The notes under the pieces are model-generated. The model was not told the origin of the DNA. It saw nothing but the letters and a program-made list of their open reading frames with translations, and searched no databases. Positions 13,324 to 25,782 of a DNA stretch of 64,000 bases are shown here, in pieces. The position numbers and the translations under genes are program-made. Numbering within the stretch: the first letter of the stretch is position 1; every line of letters starts with the position of its first letter. The DNA is from Lophium mytilinum. Lineage: Eukaryota. Location of the stretch: positions 2,341,195 through 2,405,194 of the forward strand of contig MU004182.1 of NCBI GenBank assembly GCA_010093605.1, written 5' to 3'.

Positions 13324-15584
13324 TGTGGAAGCCGGGTACGACGACCTTTGCAGCAGAGGTCCAGATGAAGAGCGGAAAAATGGAAGATCTGCTCGAGGTA
13401 TAGGCCGGCAACCGCGTTGCTCGAGCGGGCAAACGCACGGGCGAGAAAGCGAGGGATGTGCCGGGCTGGCTGGGACCGAACGTGGCTTGGTATATTGCAG
13501 CAGATAGGGATTTTACACGGCTTATGGAACCAGGTTCGTCCCAGGACGGTGGGCGAGTCGCGCGGGACAGCGGGCGCAAGACAACAGAGCTGGAGATGGG
13601 GCATCAGCCCTCGGCGGCGGCGGCCTGGGCAAGTCGTTCCATGACGAAGGCGCACACATGGCCGGAAGCATGGCTGGCTCTGGCAGGGCTGGGCGGAGGA
13701 ATGCGATGGAGAGGTGTGTGCGGAACGGTGCGACAGGGGCTGTGGCTGGCACAGTGGGCGGACGCGGGCACGTTGAAAGCGGAAGTCCAGATGTGCTGGG
13801 CGCCAATCGAGGCCGGAGCATTAGCCAGGGGGCACGCCATATCGTCAATCGAAGCCGGGGTGGATACAGCGGGCGGCGGCGCGATCCCAGTGCGTGCAGC
13901 ATACCCCTGAGACCGCTCGATATAGCGCCCCGCTAGTGCACGCAATGCTTGGCATGGTGTTGCAGTGAGCCTGGATATCGCCAACGCCCCTGACGTCTGC
14001 TGAAACAGCCCACCGCCATAACAGCCTCCACCTCCGCACCCTGCGTCACGTCGCTGCCACGAGAGGACAGGCTGCGGCAGTGAGGCCAGGGGGACTGTGA
14101 GCCGTGCGGCCTTGAGGCCAGTCGGGTTGTGGGCGACCACCATGGTGCGGCCCTCTCTCCCGAGCGATATAGTGCCGCCTGGGGCAGGTGGATTTAGACT
14201 TTGGCCGATCGGGTTTCCACGGCCCTATCGCTGCGCTGGGACCCAGGCACCGCCACTCGTACAGTGTGGAGATTGAGCTTGGCCAGCTGCCTGTATGGCC
14301 TCCACCGCTAGAACGCCACTACTGCAAGCGCACATTGCCGCCCGCTTCTATTTTCGCAGACGTGCAGACCCAGGAGACATCACCTCGCAGCATCGCTGTC
14401 CGACGTTATCGTCGCCCCAGCAGGTCTGACAGCCACAATATTGCCCTCTATTGCGGCCTCCTTCCAGCCCGCTGCTGAGTACTGATTGTCGATTGCTGCT
14501 GCATGGGAACCCGACGCGGAGAAAACCATGCGACCTCGTTCCCCGTTTGAGCCGCTTCGGAGGTTATACAGTACTAACACGCCGGCCATCCCACATCGTC
14601 AGGGGCTGGAGTTGACGCCTTGGCACTAACACGACGTGGGGGAGTTGTGCTCGCAATGTCACATCCCCTCCCCTCGCCTTCACGAACAGGCCGCTGTGGC
14701 CCATAATCGCCCGCCGTCTGAGCCAGCATCAGACACTTGCCCCTTTTGGGGCGGCCCCGTCTCCAAAACATTCCCTCCAGGCAGGACGGTCCGCCGTGAT
14801 CCTGCCTGGTTCTAGCAATTTGTACCTAGCTCGTGCTCTGATGCTCGGCACACGTTATAGTGTTTTACTTCCTGCACTTATGCACGCGAGCGTTTCGACC
14901 ACCTGGACTCGCTCGCTTCTGGGGACGGACGCCCTGAATTTTCAGAGCATGGACTCCTATGTTCCCGAGCCCCTGCCGCTGTTTGCTGGGCGTCTCGCCT
15001 GGATTCCGTCCTGTAGCCAGCCGCTGTCTCTTTGCGCATCGATACATCGGGAGGCTAGCGGCATACCGAGCTGCCGTTGACTGCCGCCTCTGGCTTTCCA
15101 CCCACAGCCACAATCCCCTATTGTTTCGGCTGGTGGCGCCTCCAAGATACTCTTTTTCTCTGGAAGGTGATACACAACCGGTCCAAGGCGCTACGTGGCA
15201 ATGGTTCGGGACGCCTGTGCGGCGCTTGCAGTCGTTGGCGCTCGAGCTCGTTCGATTCGGGCGTCCGAGACACTATTGACTAAACCCTGAACATGCTCTT
15301 TCCAAAACGGCGGTACCCAGGCGGGAGGGGCTCTCGGTCTAGCCTCAGATCCAGCCCGAGTCATTCTTGGTTTGTCTTCAGCCCAGCAAATCGTGGCATG
15401 GGCCACTGCATCTAACGACCTTGTTATCTCAAGTGCAGGGTCGTATATCCGGAACTCAAGTGCCCGCTACCACCCTCTTCTTCTTCTTCTTCACCTCGCC
15501 TGTCGTTTGCCAGCGTTGATCATTGTTTTTCAAGAGTGGATACAATCACTCGTTCAACGTATCCCTCTTACTTTCTTCCTTGCT

Positions 15585-18500
15585 ATGGCGAACAACAATC
15601 TTGGTTTCGACCGAGACTCCCTCAGTGTAACGAGAGAGGGCATGGGTTCTGGCGTACGCTTCCAACACCCAGGCATGCAAGTGCGGGACAGCTCAGGCTC
15701 GAGTATTGTCTCGAGCAGAACCAACGGTGGAGATCGACACGATGTTGTGAGTATCTTTACCTTCATCCCATTCAGTCCATGACTGTGATGGAGCAAACTC
15801 TGACCTCCCTCAAGATGGTCAAGTTCCTACATCGGAGATGTCAACAGTCAAAGTGGCTGGAAGCCGCCCAGGATGAGTTCGGTGTAATCGAGAATGACAG
15901 CTCCAACCTGGGTGTATTGCTGCGACGGCCCGATGGGCTCTACACAGCTGAGCCAATGTTCCTGAACCAGGATATCGCCGTCGCCGTGGAGAAGCTAGGC
16001 GTCACTGTTGCCTTCACCATGAGCTCCGAGATCACCCAAGCTCTGCTGCAACAGGTCACGCCTTTCCAGACCGAACTCTCCTTGGACCCTCGTGGATTCG
16101 TTCTCCCAATCGTCAACTCCGTCAAGGACATCGCCAGCGGCAAAGCCGTCATCACCCGGGAAGCCTACGTCGTCCTGTGCCGACAGGAAAGAATCGTCCT
16201 TGTCTGGGGCGACACCGTGCCTGGTATCCTCGCTCATGGAACCGACATCGAGACAAGACTACTTGGACTCGTCTGGGGACAAGCTATCCCAGCCACCCCA
16301 GGAGCAATGTCCCCATATCGACAGTCGACGACTCCCAGCACGCCCGCCGCACGCAGTGCCCGTGCTACCATGTATCCGATCTCTGCACACCAAAGCACAG
16401 GTCAACTGGACGCCGGGATGAGTGAAAAGATCGGTGCCATCGATCGCGCTATCGAAGTGGAGGAAATGGGCGAGAAGATCTTCGACCCAGAGCGAGATGG
16501 ACAGGAAGTCCCAGAGCGACCCTTCCTCCTAAGTCATGCCCTCTTAGTCGGCCTGGCCATGATTCTCGTCGTCGTTGTCGAGATGGCGTGTCTTGCAAAA
16601 CTGATTACAGAGTATCGTCTCGACGGAAAGATGCTGCGTTTCGCTTTGGTAAGTCGTCCTACATGAGCACAACACCAGTGCGTCGATCGGAAATGGTGGA
16701 GCTTAGACTGACGTTGAATAAAGGTTGCGACGATCCCTCTGTTTGCTGCATTCTCACTGGTGAGTCGCTCGCGAATCGTCTTTGCTCCTGAGTCAGGCTG
16801 CGCGTCTAGACTGCGTGGCGTTCTTGGTGTTGCTTTGGGAGCTGAAACTGACAATCTTCGCTTAGTTCTTCATGATCGTCATCACTGGTTCCCTCTTCCA
16901 GCTTTTCGGCTCCCTCTCCGGTGTGCACGGTAATAGCTTGTATTATTCAGGTACGACATCTTTTGCTCATCCTCGGTAATGTGCGACGCTGACTTCTTCC
17001 AGGCAAGGCACCTAAGCCAGGACGTCATGCTAATGTCGAGCTTCCCCACGTGACTATCCAGATGCCTGTTTACAAGGAGGGTCTCAAAGGTGTCATCATT
17101 CCCACTGTGACCAGCTTGCTCGACGCCGTCAAGTTCTACGAGGAGCAGGGTGGAACAGCTTCCATCTTTGTCAACGATGACGGTATGCGCCTTGTCCAGG
17201 AAGATATGCAAGAGGCCCGCAAGGCTTTTTACGAACTCAACCACATCGGATGGTGCTCTCGTCCCGCGCAGAACAGCGATAAGGATAGCCCGGATTTCTT
17301 CTTGCGCAAGGGTCAGTTCAAGAAGGCCTCCAACATGAACTACTGCATGGACTTCTCTATCCGCGTCGAGGATGAGTGGCAACGAAATATTGATGCGACA
17401 TGCTCCCAGCGTGGCTGCACTCAAGACGATCTCTCTATTCAAGAAGAGGAGGACCTGTACGATCAAGCCCGTGACACTATGGTCGAGAAAGACGCTGGCA
17501 AGACCTGGGCTGCTGGCAACGTTCGCATTGGTGAGGTCATTCTGATCATCGATTCTGATACTCGCGTCCCCGAAGACTGCCTGCTGTATGGTGCTCTCGA
17601 GATGATCGAGAGCCCAGAAGTTGCCCTCCTCCAACACGCCTCCGGTATTCTACAGGTCGTCAACAACGTATTCGAAAACGGTATCACCTACTTCACCAAC
17701 CTGATTTACACGTCGATTCAGTTCGCTGTTGGCAACGGCGATTGCGCTCCCTTCGTCGGCCACAACACCTTTATTCGATGGGCGGCTATCCAGAGTATCG
17801 CATTCGAGGAAGACGGCCACACCAAGTTCTGGTCTGAAGACCACGTCTCCGAGGATTTCGATGTCAGTCTGCGACTCCAAATGAACGATTTCGTTGTCCG
17901 TTTAGCCACCTACCATAATGGCGGGTTCAAGGAGGGTGTCTCTCTCACTGTCTACGACGAGCTTGCCCGTTGGGAGAAGTACGCTTACGGATGTAACGAG
18001 TTGGTGTTCAATCCCATCTACATGTGGATCTACAGGGGTCCTTTCACCCGCCTCTTCCTGCGCTTCCTGTTCAGCAAGATCAAGGTCACCTCAAAGATCA
18101 CCATCCTCGCTTACATCGGTACTTACTACGCCATCGCCTCCGCTATTCCCCTCACTCTGGCCAACTACCTCATTGTCGGATGGTTTACCGATGAAGTCGA
18201 TCAGTTCTACATCACCTCCTGGAAGATTTTCGTTGGTATGGCTGTCGTCTTCAACGTCCTCTCGCCACTCGCCTACGCCATGTTGAGGCATCGTCTCGGC
18301 CAAGCCACTTTCTTCAAGTCGTGCCTCGAGACTGCCAAGTGGACACCCATGTTCCTACTCTTCTTCGGTGGCATCTCGTACCATCTGCTCAAGGCCATCA
18401 TCTGTCATTTCTTCAGCATCAAGATGGAGTGGACCACTACCGCCAAGGAGTTGTCCGAATCTGGTTTCCGTGTCGGTCTTGATCGCATCGTCCGCGACTT

Positions 18501-18720
18501 CAAGTTCATGTACATGTTCATCCTCCCCGTTGTCGGTGGCATGATCTACCTCGCCATCTACGCACCCCGCGGGTGGTTGATCTCGGATTTCGCCGCCATT
18601 GTGCCTCTTGCCAATCAAATCGGCTGCCACGCCCTCCTTCCTGTAAGTTTTCCCGCATCATTCTCTTTCTTCTCTCTACCTTTACTAACTCGTGTATAGT
18701 TCGCACTTGGTCTCTTCTAA
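15585..18720 (+). CDS. Processive family 2 glycosyltransferase, multi-pass membrane protein (putative polysaccharide synthase)
   Basis: Motifs TIQMPVYKE, VNDDG, FKKASNMN, IIDSD (DxD), PFVGHN, SEDF and ELARW, with multiple C-terminal TM helices. Exons join through introns 15747-15814, three short introns at 16649-17002, and 18643-18699; ends FALGLF*. Confidence 0.9.
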
Positions 18721-20763
18721 GCTCTCAGTCATCAATTACTCCTCTTCTCCACCCTCCTTAGCAGCATACATATTGTTTAATACCCCGCCAGCGCCCTCCT
18801 CACTCGCTTGCGCTGGCATATATTTACGACCTTAGAAGAGCACCGGTGTTATCGGGAACAGGACCCCTGGGAGATCGGAGAATTATTGGTGTATTTGTGC
18901 AGAAACTTTTGTATGTGCTCGAAAATCCAAGGCAACGAAAGGTGTTATCTTATCGTATCTCGTCTCGTGTCTTGTCGTTGTCAATATGCGTGGACGGAAG
19001 AAAGGAAGCAGTAGAAGAAGAAGAAGAACCAAGAAAAGCCCAATCAAAGTGGAAGCCTGTGTTTGTTTTCTTGCCCGTCTCGAGAATATTTCCTGTTTTG
19101 GGAGGCTCCGGTGTGCTACGAATTGATGGGATGCGGGAAACTCTATAGTCCTAGATACTTAATTTTAGTCTGAGGCATATATAATACAGGCGGTCGTCCC
19201 TTGCGGGGACCCAAGAACCTTTGCGCTTCTCCTACCGGTGCTGTCGTCGTCGTCGTCGCGGTACGTACCATCTACCCACCCCTTACCTCTCGTACCACCA
19301 CCCACTTCCCTACCCATCCCATCTCCTCACATCGCATCACTCCACCACCGCCGCCGCCGCACCGGGTCATTTTGCAAGGCGTTCCAAGGCAATGGCACCG
19401 TTGCATCGCGCACCCGCCCTTTCCCCAGATCCATCCGCGCCACCAGCGATCGTTCCGTGCAACGGTCTTCGCCATCGGTGCAACATCAAAAGCTACCCAA
19501 AAAAACCGCTTCCATCGACCCACCACCATCGCACCGGGGCACACCTCCCAATGTTATACAAATCCCCAATCCATCCCCCTTTCTTAGCTTGGGGACCCGG
19601 CCGCTGACCCGGCGCGCGGCTGAGCAATACGTACGTCGAGATGTGGGACCACCACCCCACGGTCGAATAACGACGGCGGCGGTGGGGGGTTGGTAATGCT
19701 TGTGCTATTTCCGTTGTGAGGGTTATGAAGAGGAAAAAAGAGGGTATGTGAGGTTGTGAGTGGTTGGTAGTGATTAGTAGGGTGGCGCTTGGCCGGAAGC
19801 GGGAAAAGCGGGTAAGGGATGCTGACGACGACGGATGGGGCGGGTTGCGCGTCGCTGTGGTATTTTGGGAAATTGACTGACTGATGGATTAGGAGGGGGA
19901 TGTCGTCGTTAATGATTGAATGGGTTGATTGAAGAGGTTGAAGAGGTGTGGTCTCAACATTAATGGCAGATGGTGGATATAATACCTTTCTACATGAATG
20001 AGGGCTATCACGTCGCCGACATATCCGGTAAGCAGCCTACAGTACGTCCCGGATAAACAAGAGATTGAAATAGAAGGTTCCACATCAACATGTCCATCGG
20101 TGGTCCAGATAACCTTTTCTCTCCACGACTACCGGGGCCCAATGCGCATGCAAAGGCTGCATGTCATTGCCGCCACGCCCAATGGTCGCCCCCCCCACCA
20201 CATCCGAAGCTAAAGTAGAGCCCGCCATCAGCTGTCAGGGTGGACCCGTCCTGCTACTGCGGGAGCGTGTGCTTGTGTTGATCTTTCCTGCGAGATCGTG
20301 CATGGGAGGTCATGGACCGTCTCCGGGAGCTCGGAGTGGGTCCGCGCTGGCCCCTAGCTGACGACGCTCACCGGAGCTGGTGCTTATATTGACTACAGTT
20401 GTTTAACTATGGTCGGAAACATGATCTTCTAGTAAGGAGGGTTTGGAATTTGAGGGGTTGTTACGACTGTCGGTATTCAATGCGGACTCCGGCCAGCACT
20501 CTTTAATAGATTTGTGATGGCTCATATGTCTATTTCTTCGATGCAGCTTTCGTAGCATACTTCCCCGGGGAAACCTGCTGGTTTCGCGATATAGCTGCAG
20601 CAGTTCTGCGAGATCCTTGCCGCAAGGGTATCAGATCTGATCGGCAAAGCGCTTCGTGCGTTCCTGAAGCTCGTCAGCTGTTGACCGTATATCATCTATT
20701 CAAGAGAACGCGCGTACGTGTCATGGCTTTACATTGAGAGCACGAAGAAGAGCAAAGGATCGA

Positions 20764-22192
20764 TTATATATCCTTCCTAGTTCCCGCCAACATATTCTTA
20801 GACTTGCGCGTGCTTCCCAGATCGGTGATGATGATCCCGAGAATCCAGATATTTACGAGGAAGAAAAACACACTGGATGCCCAGAGCCCGGGGACGAATG
20901 ATGAAATTCCCAGAAACTCGAGGCGATAGCCTTGATGTAGCCAGAAAACCTGCTGAACGTTAGCTGGAGGCGGTTGCGGAACGCCACACCCATGAACGAC
21001 TCACCTGCCCCAGAACCCAAAGAACGCCGGCGACGATCCCAGTGGCCGGCTTTTGCAATAGTGTTGACGTGGGAAGATAGAATGGAAGGAACATGATGTA
21101 CCAGAGGAAGTACTGGGATTTTTTAGTTGAGTCTACATGTCGAACATAGTGGTAGTACCTGGCTAGTGCAAACTTTGTTGAAGGTTACAAAGGCGAAAGT
21201 CTGGGCCAGCATGGTCGACGGAAGATCCTTCTTTGCGAGCGCCAATGGGATTGCGACGGTGCTCAAGAACAGTTGTGGTATAAAAGCCCAAGCCTCTAGT
21301 TTGATAGATGCGTGTCCGGTCGGGGATGAATTCAAGTAGAGTAAAGTGTTGTATGGCGAGAAATTGTGGCGATGGTCAATTCGCGTCAAATGGTGGAAGT
21401 AGCTGTGCTGCAGGAAAGGCCAGCCATAGCTTTCGAAATCAGCACTATTGTGGAAAGTGGTATAGACACTACTTACGCATAATACATCGCACCGTTCAAA
21501 ACAGAGAAAGTCAACAAACTGTAGATAGCAAGTGTGACTCTGGACGGATTTACAAACCCTAGCACTTGTTCATACATCGTCTTAGACTGCGTTGATTTTT
21601 TTTTGGGACCCGTGGGAACGTTTTCATCGTCCAGCCACCAGATGATAGAAGCGGCATATATGAAAGGATATATCTTGAAGTGGACGGCAAATCCAAGTAG
21701 ACAGCCAGCAAGCCTCATTCGGCCAGCAAGCACCGACCATAAGAGGGCCGAGACAATGACCCCTAAAAGACCTTCGGAACTGCCTCTGGTGCTGATCTGA
21801 GCTACCATAGGATTCAGAAGCCAGATGCTGGCGAATTTGAGGGCTCTATCCAACGGCATTTTTCCGGAAGACCGAAGTATGAGTAAGATCAGCCATCCCG
21901 CGGCAATGTCCCCAAGAGCGAAGAGAATCTTCCCGAACGAAAACCAGGAGCCTGGCCACGTCGTTGGGTAGATAAACCAAGCTAGAAGGGGAGTGTAACG
22001 ATACGTATCTCTAGCATATGGAGACCGTCCGCGGGATATGAAACGAGCGGCATCGGTGAAGACAAAGTAATCGATGTCGGTGTACTTCATTGGAGAGAAA
22101 GCATCTTGGAAAGACCCATAAATCAGGAGTACCACCCGCAGTGCAATGGCAGCAGAAAACACCGTACCCGCGCTAGAAAAGAATTGGACCAT
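20764..22192 (-). CDS. GPI14: GPI mannosyltransferase 1 (PIG-M/Gpi14)
   Basis: KYTDIDYFVFTDAA, SPYARDTYRYTPLLAW, WLLNPMVAQISTRGSSE, HFKIYP, RIDHRHNFSPY and FVTFNKVCTSQ motifs; three introns. Confidence 0.95.
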
Positions 22193-22463
22193 TGGACGTT
22201 CAGGGAGGACACTTGCTCTGAACAGCGCAGAAGACCAAAATAAAAAAAGATCGGGAGGTTCAGGGAGACAAGAAGACGGCGAGGAAGGGCATGTGAGTGG
22301 TGAATTGATAGGCGTTCCGGCGAGATGGCGTTGATGAGGGGCAGGGCAGAGAAGGTCTAACCGATGCCAAGTCCGGGTGCACTTGCGTTAATTGGGAGCG
22401 GTTTTCGACATCAAACTTGCACCATGTAAACAAAACGAAGCAGTACCGCTCCACAAACTGCGG

Positions 22464-23468
22464 ATGGGTCCAAAGCGAAAGATGGAGGACATCATGGAGG
22501 AGCCATCAAAGCGCCAGTCTATCTCGCCCGTGATGGCCATGTTTGAGGGGTTCCGTAGCGAGCTCGATGAACACCACGATAGGCGCGAGCGAGTGATCAA
22601 GGCGTCTCGAGACATTACAGCGGCGAGCAAGAAGATGTGAGTACAATGTGATACGTTATACAATACGTGCTAATCAGTCGAACCCAGAATCTTCTCATTG
22701 CAACGGTAGCGAAGAGCAAGCTCGACTAATCACGACCCACGCTGACCTGGAGCCAGAGTACGAACTTTGAATAAGCCACTCCCGGCGTTTGTCACAAAGT
22801 CCAATGCCCAGTACTGGGGGATCATCCAGACCCAGTATAAAAATATTTCGCGGGATCTCCAAGGCCTCAATGCATATCGCTATGGCCGCAACATCACCGG
22901 CGGAAACCAGGAGTTTATGGAGGCATTGAGCTTTCAGCACTATCTCGAGCACCAGAACCTGATATCATACAAAGAGGCAAAGAACTATGTGGCGAAGTTG
23001 GGAGAGGAGGGAGGTCCGGTACTGCTGAGCACGGAGGACTACATTCTTGGTATTTTCGACATGGTTGGAGAGCTGATGCGATTCGCAATTACGGCTATGG
23101 CCACGAGCGGCGAGCTGCCGGGAACGCTCATAGAGAAAGATTTGCCGTCCATGGGGAGTCACGATGAGCAATCTGGGGATTCAATGGACGTCGAGCAGCC
23201 TTCAACCACGAGACCGCCACACGCGCAGAAGCGAGACGTCCTGGCCGACCTGCGAGAACTTCGCCTATGTCTGGAGGGCCTCGAGCCAAGCAGGGGCTCC
23301 AAATTTGAGGGTGACGCGGAGAAGAAGATGACTGTCATGCGGCAGTGCGTGGAAAAGGTTGAGACCGCGCTCTACGGGCTGATAGTTCGGGGGCAGGAAA
23401 GGCCCAAAGGATGGATCCCAGATCTGAGAGAGGAGCGGAGGGCGCCAGAGGCGGTTGAGGGATACTGA
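22464..23468 (+). CDS. Translin-associated factor X (TRAX), translin family
   Basis: FRSELDEHHDRRERVIKASRDITAASKK, GNQEFMEALSF, DYILGIFDMVGELMR and KKMTVMRQCVEKVE motifs. Two introns flank a short exon at ~22689-22706. Head-to-head with GPI14, about 270 bp apart. Confidence 0.9.
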
Positions 23469-24355
23469 CGGAGCATGTCTCACGAAGCTATGTATCATTG
23501 CCTGGGAGACGTTTGGCAGGATGGCTTGTTTTAAGGGACCGGCCCCCCCAGCTTTCACCATCAACTCGTCAGTCGTGGACCTCTTCGTAGCTTCACTATG
23601 GGAGGTGTTTGATTCCTTACGACGCCTTCAAGTTCGGCGATCTCAAGTACCTCGTCTTCCTCTTGGCTTCCAATCCCCGAGAAGGCTGAAGATGGCGCTA
23701 AGAAAGTGCCTTGAACTCCAAGGTTCGAGATAGCGCCCCACGTCGAGCATGAAAAAGGTGGCACATTCAGCAAGCATTCTGCTTTCGATGCACCTGTTTG
23801 TCGCTGTTTGTGGTGCTTCAATGCATAATCAAATATATAAATTGAAATATGGAAAAGGCTGTAAGCGTAATTGATCTGATGCAAATTGGCGCTATTATTA
23901 CCCGTTGTTACTCACCCTGGGTCTATTCATGAAGAGCTTATGATGAACAGTGGAACCGGGCATATATGTGGTATGTGTGGCTATGTACCGCCACACTGCG
24001 GCGGTGAAGGGTAGTGGAGGCTGCGTGATAGGCTGCGCCTTGAGTCGCACGTCAAGCCCGCGGGTCTTCAAGTCGACTCCGCCCAAATTCACCACCACCG
24101 CCCTCTCCCCACAATGCGCTCTGCCAACACCACCACGGCCACCGCATACACCATACACCAGCGCAATGCCAGCCTGACCCTCGCCCCTTCCATGAATGCG
24201 ATGGTCACGCCTTGAACCTGCGAGGTGTTGCGGATGAATCGATCACCAACCCCACGGACAAACACACCCAGTTAGTCTACCGCTGCTCTGCCTGCTACTG
24301 AGGCTTGATACCTCTTACGCCTACAAAGCGGCGCCTCTAGGAATAAATACTGACT

Positions 24356-25782
24356 ATGGTGCGCTCCAGCCTGAAATTACAAAGACACGCTCCGCTGAAA
24401 ATGCGGTTCAACGGCATGCCAGCGCGGCCCAAGGGCGACGATCGTCGCATGCGAAATCCCGAACCTCCCACAAGAAAAGTCTTCAACTGCATCGTCGACG
24501 AGACTGCTCTGGTGGCAGGCGTCAAGAAGAGCACGAGGGATGGCATCCGGAAATGGGTCACTTGCGGCGCCATACGCCTCTTTGTCCCACTATACAGTCC
24601 GTCTCCCCGTTGGAACGCCGCTAGAGTGGTTTACATTGCTAACTAGGCACTACAGCACTCTCGCAGCTTGATCGGTTAAAGAAGGGCAGCGATCGAGTAA
24701 ACGTAGACGCCCGAGAGGCTATCAAATGGCTAGACGATATAACCTCGATTCCCACGATTCAAACCACGGGATTGGTACAAATCGAAGGCGCAGATGAGAT
24801 GTATCTCACTTGGGCCGAAGTGGAGACCTTCTTGCTTCCGGAGACTCTGCTCTCGATGGAGGAGTCGGAGTCCGACGAGGACTCGTTGACCGAAGACTTG
24901 GAAGACTCTCTCACCGTCGTGGACCAATCCGACGAAGCGTCCACGAGCTCGAATCACAGCGCCGAGGATAGGGCAAAGACACCTTCCTCTCCACGCTCTA
25001 TCTACTCTGCAACAAGCCCGGACCTCCTAAACGCCACTCCATACAAAGGAGCGAGCTCCGTTACTTCTGTAGAGACCGTGAACCGAACAGCACGAAACAG
25101 TGCCGATCTGCCTCGCAATGATAAGACTCCCAAGAGTGTCGTCCCCGCACGACTCCAGCAACTATTTAATCACGTACTATGGCGGATCAACCAGGAGACA
25201 AACGTCGACGCTGCGTTCGAGAGTTTCATTCTTCTCACGAATGATCCACAGAAGCAAATTATTGGTCAGAGATTCGGGATCCGAGCTAAACGTCTCGAAC
25301 AGCTCCGCGACGCTGTTGGTCGCGAAGACAGAGACTACAAAAACCGTCTAGCTTTGTTCAAGAGAGAGACAGATGTAGTTGCCACTGTTCCTGAGAAGAT
25401 TGCGGTCACCCAAGAACCACCGGAAGCCCCTAATACCTTGGATGAGCCCAAAGAGCCAGATTCTGATGATGAGGACGTCGTTTTGTTCAAGCAGGTCCCG
25501 CGTGGACCACATGCCACCAATGGACAGCGGGTCATGGACCCTAACGACTTTGGGAGGGCCTCGCCTCAAACACAAACACACTCGCCGCGCGGTGGACGTG
25601 GTGGTGGCCGGGGAATGCATAGAGGAAGCCGTGGAAATTATGCACCTCCTATGATGCCTCGTACAGCAGCCGAACCTCGAATCGATCCCAATCAGCCCAT
25701 TGACCCAGACTCTTACTCCCGACCACCACCGAGAGTTGCGGCCGTTCGCGGCGGAAGAAGAAAGCTATGGGAGCCCACGTAG
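24356..25782 (+). CDS. PIN-domain protein (Nmd4/SMG6-like PIN fold) with an acidic insert and RGG-rich C-terminal tail
   Basis: CIVDETAL...LFVPLY|TLSQLDRLKKG...AREAIKWLD...FILLTND pattern across intron ~24597-24655; C-terminal RGGRGGGRG and RRKLWEPT*. Start could be 24356, 24401 or 24416. Confidence 0.7.

Noticed and set aside
13324..15584. Numerous 60-180-aa GC-rich ORFs between GH16 and GT2 (likewise 4400-6600 and 10600-11600)
   Set aside because: Overlapping on both strands with Arg/Ala/Pro-rich random composition; best read as GC-rich promoter or intergenic DNA.
19990..20760. Possible decayed coding sequence downstream of GPI14; similar weak signal at 35880-36600
   Set aside because: Only short protein-like fragments with no family motif; too weak to call a pseudogene.
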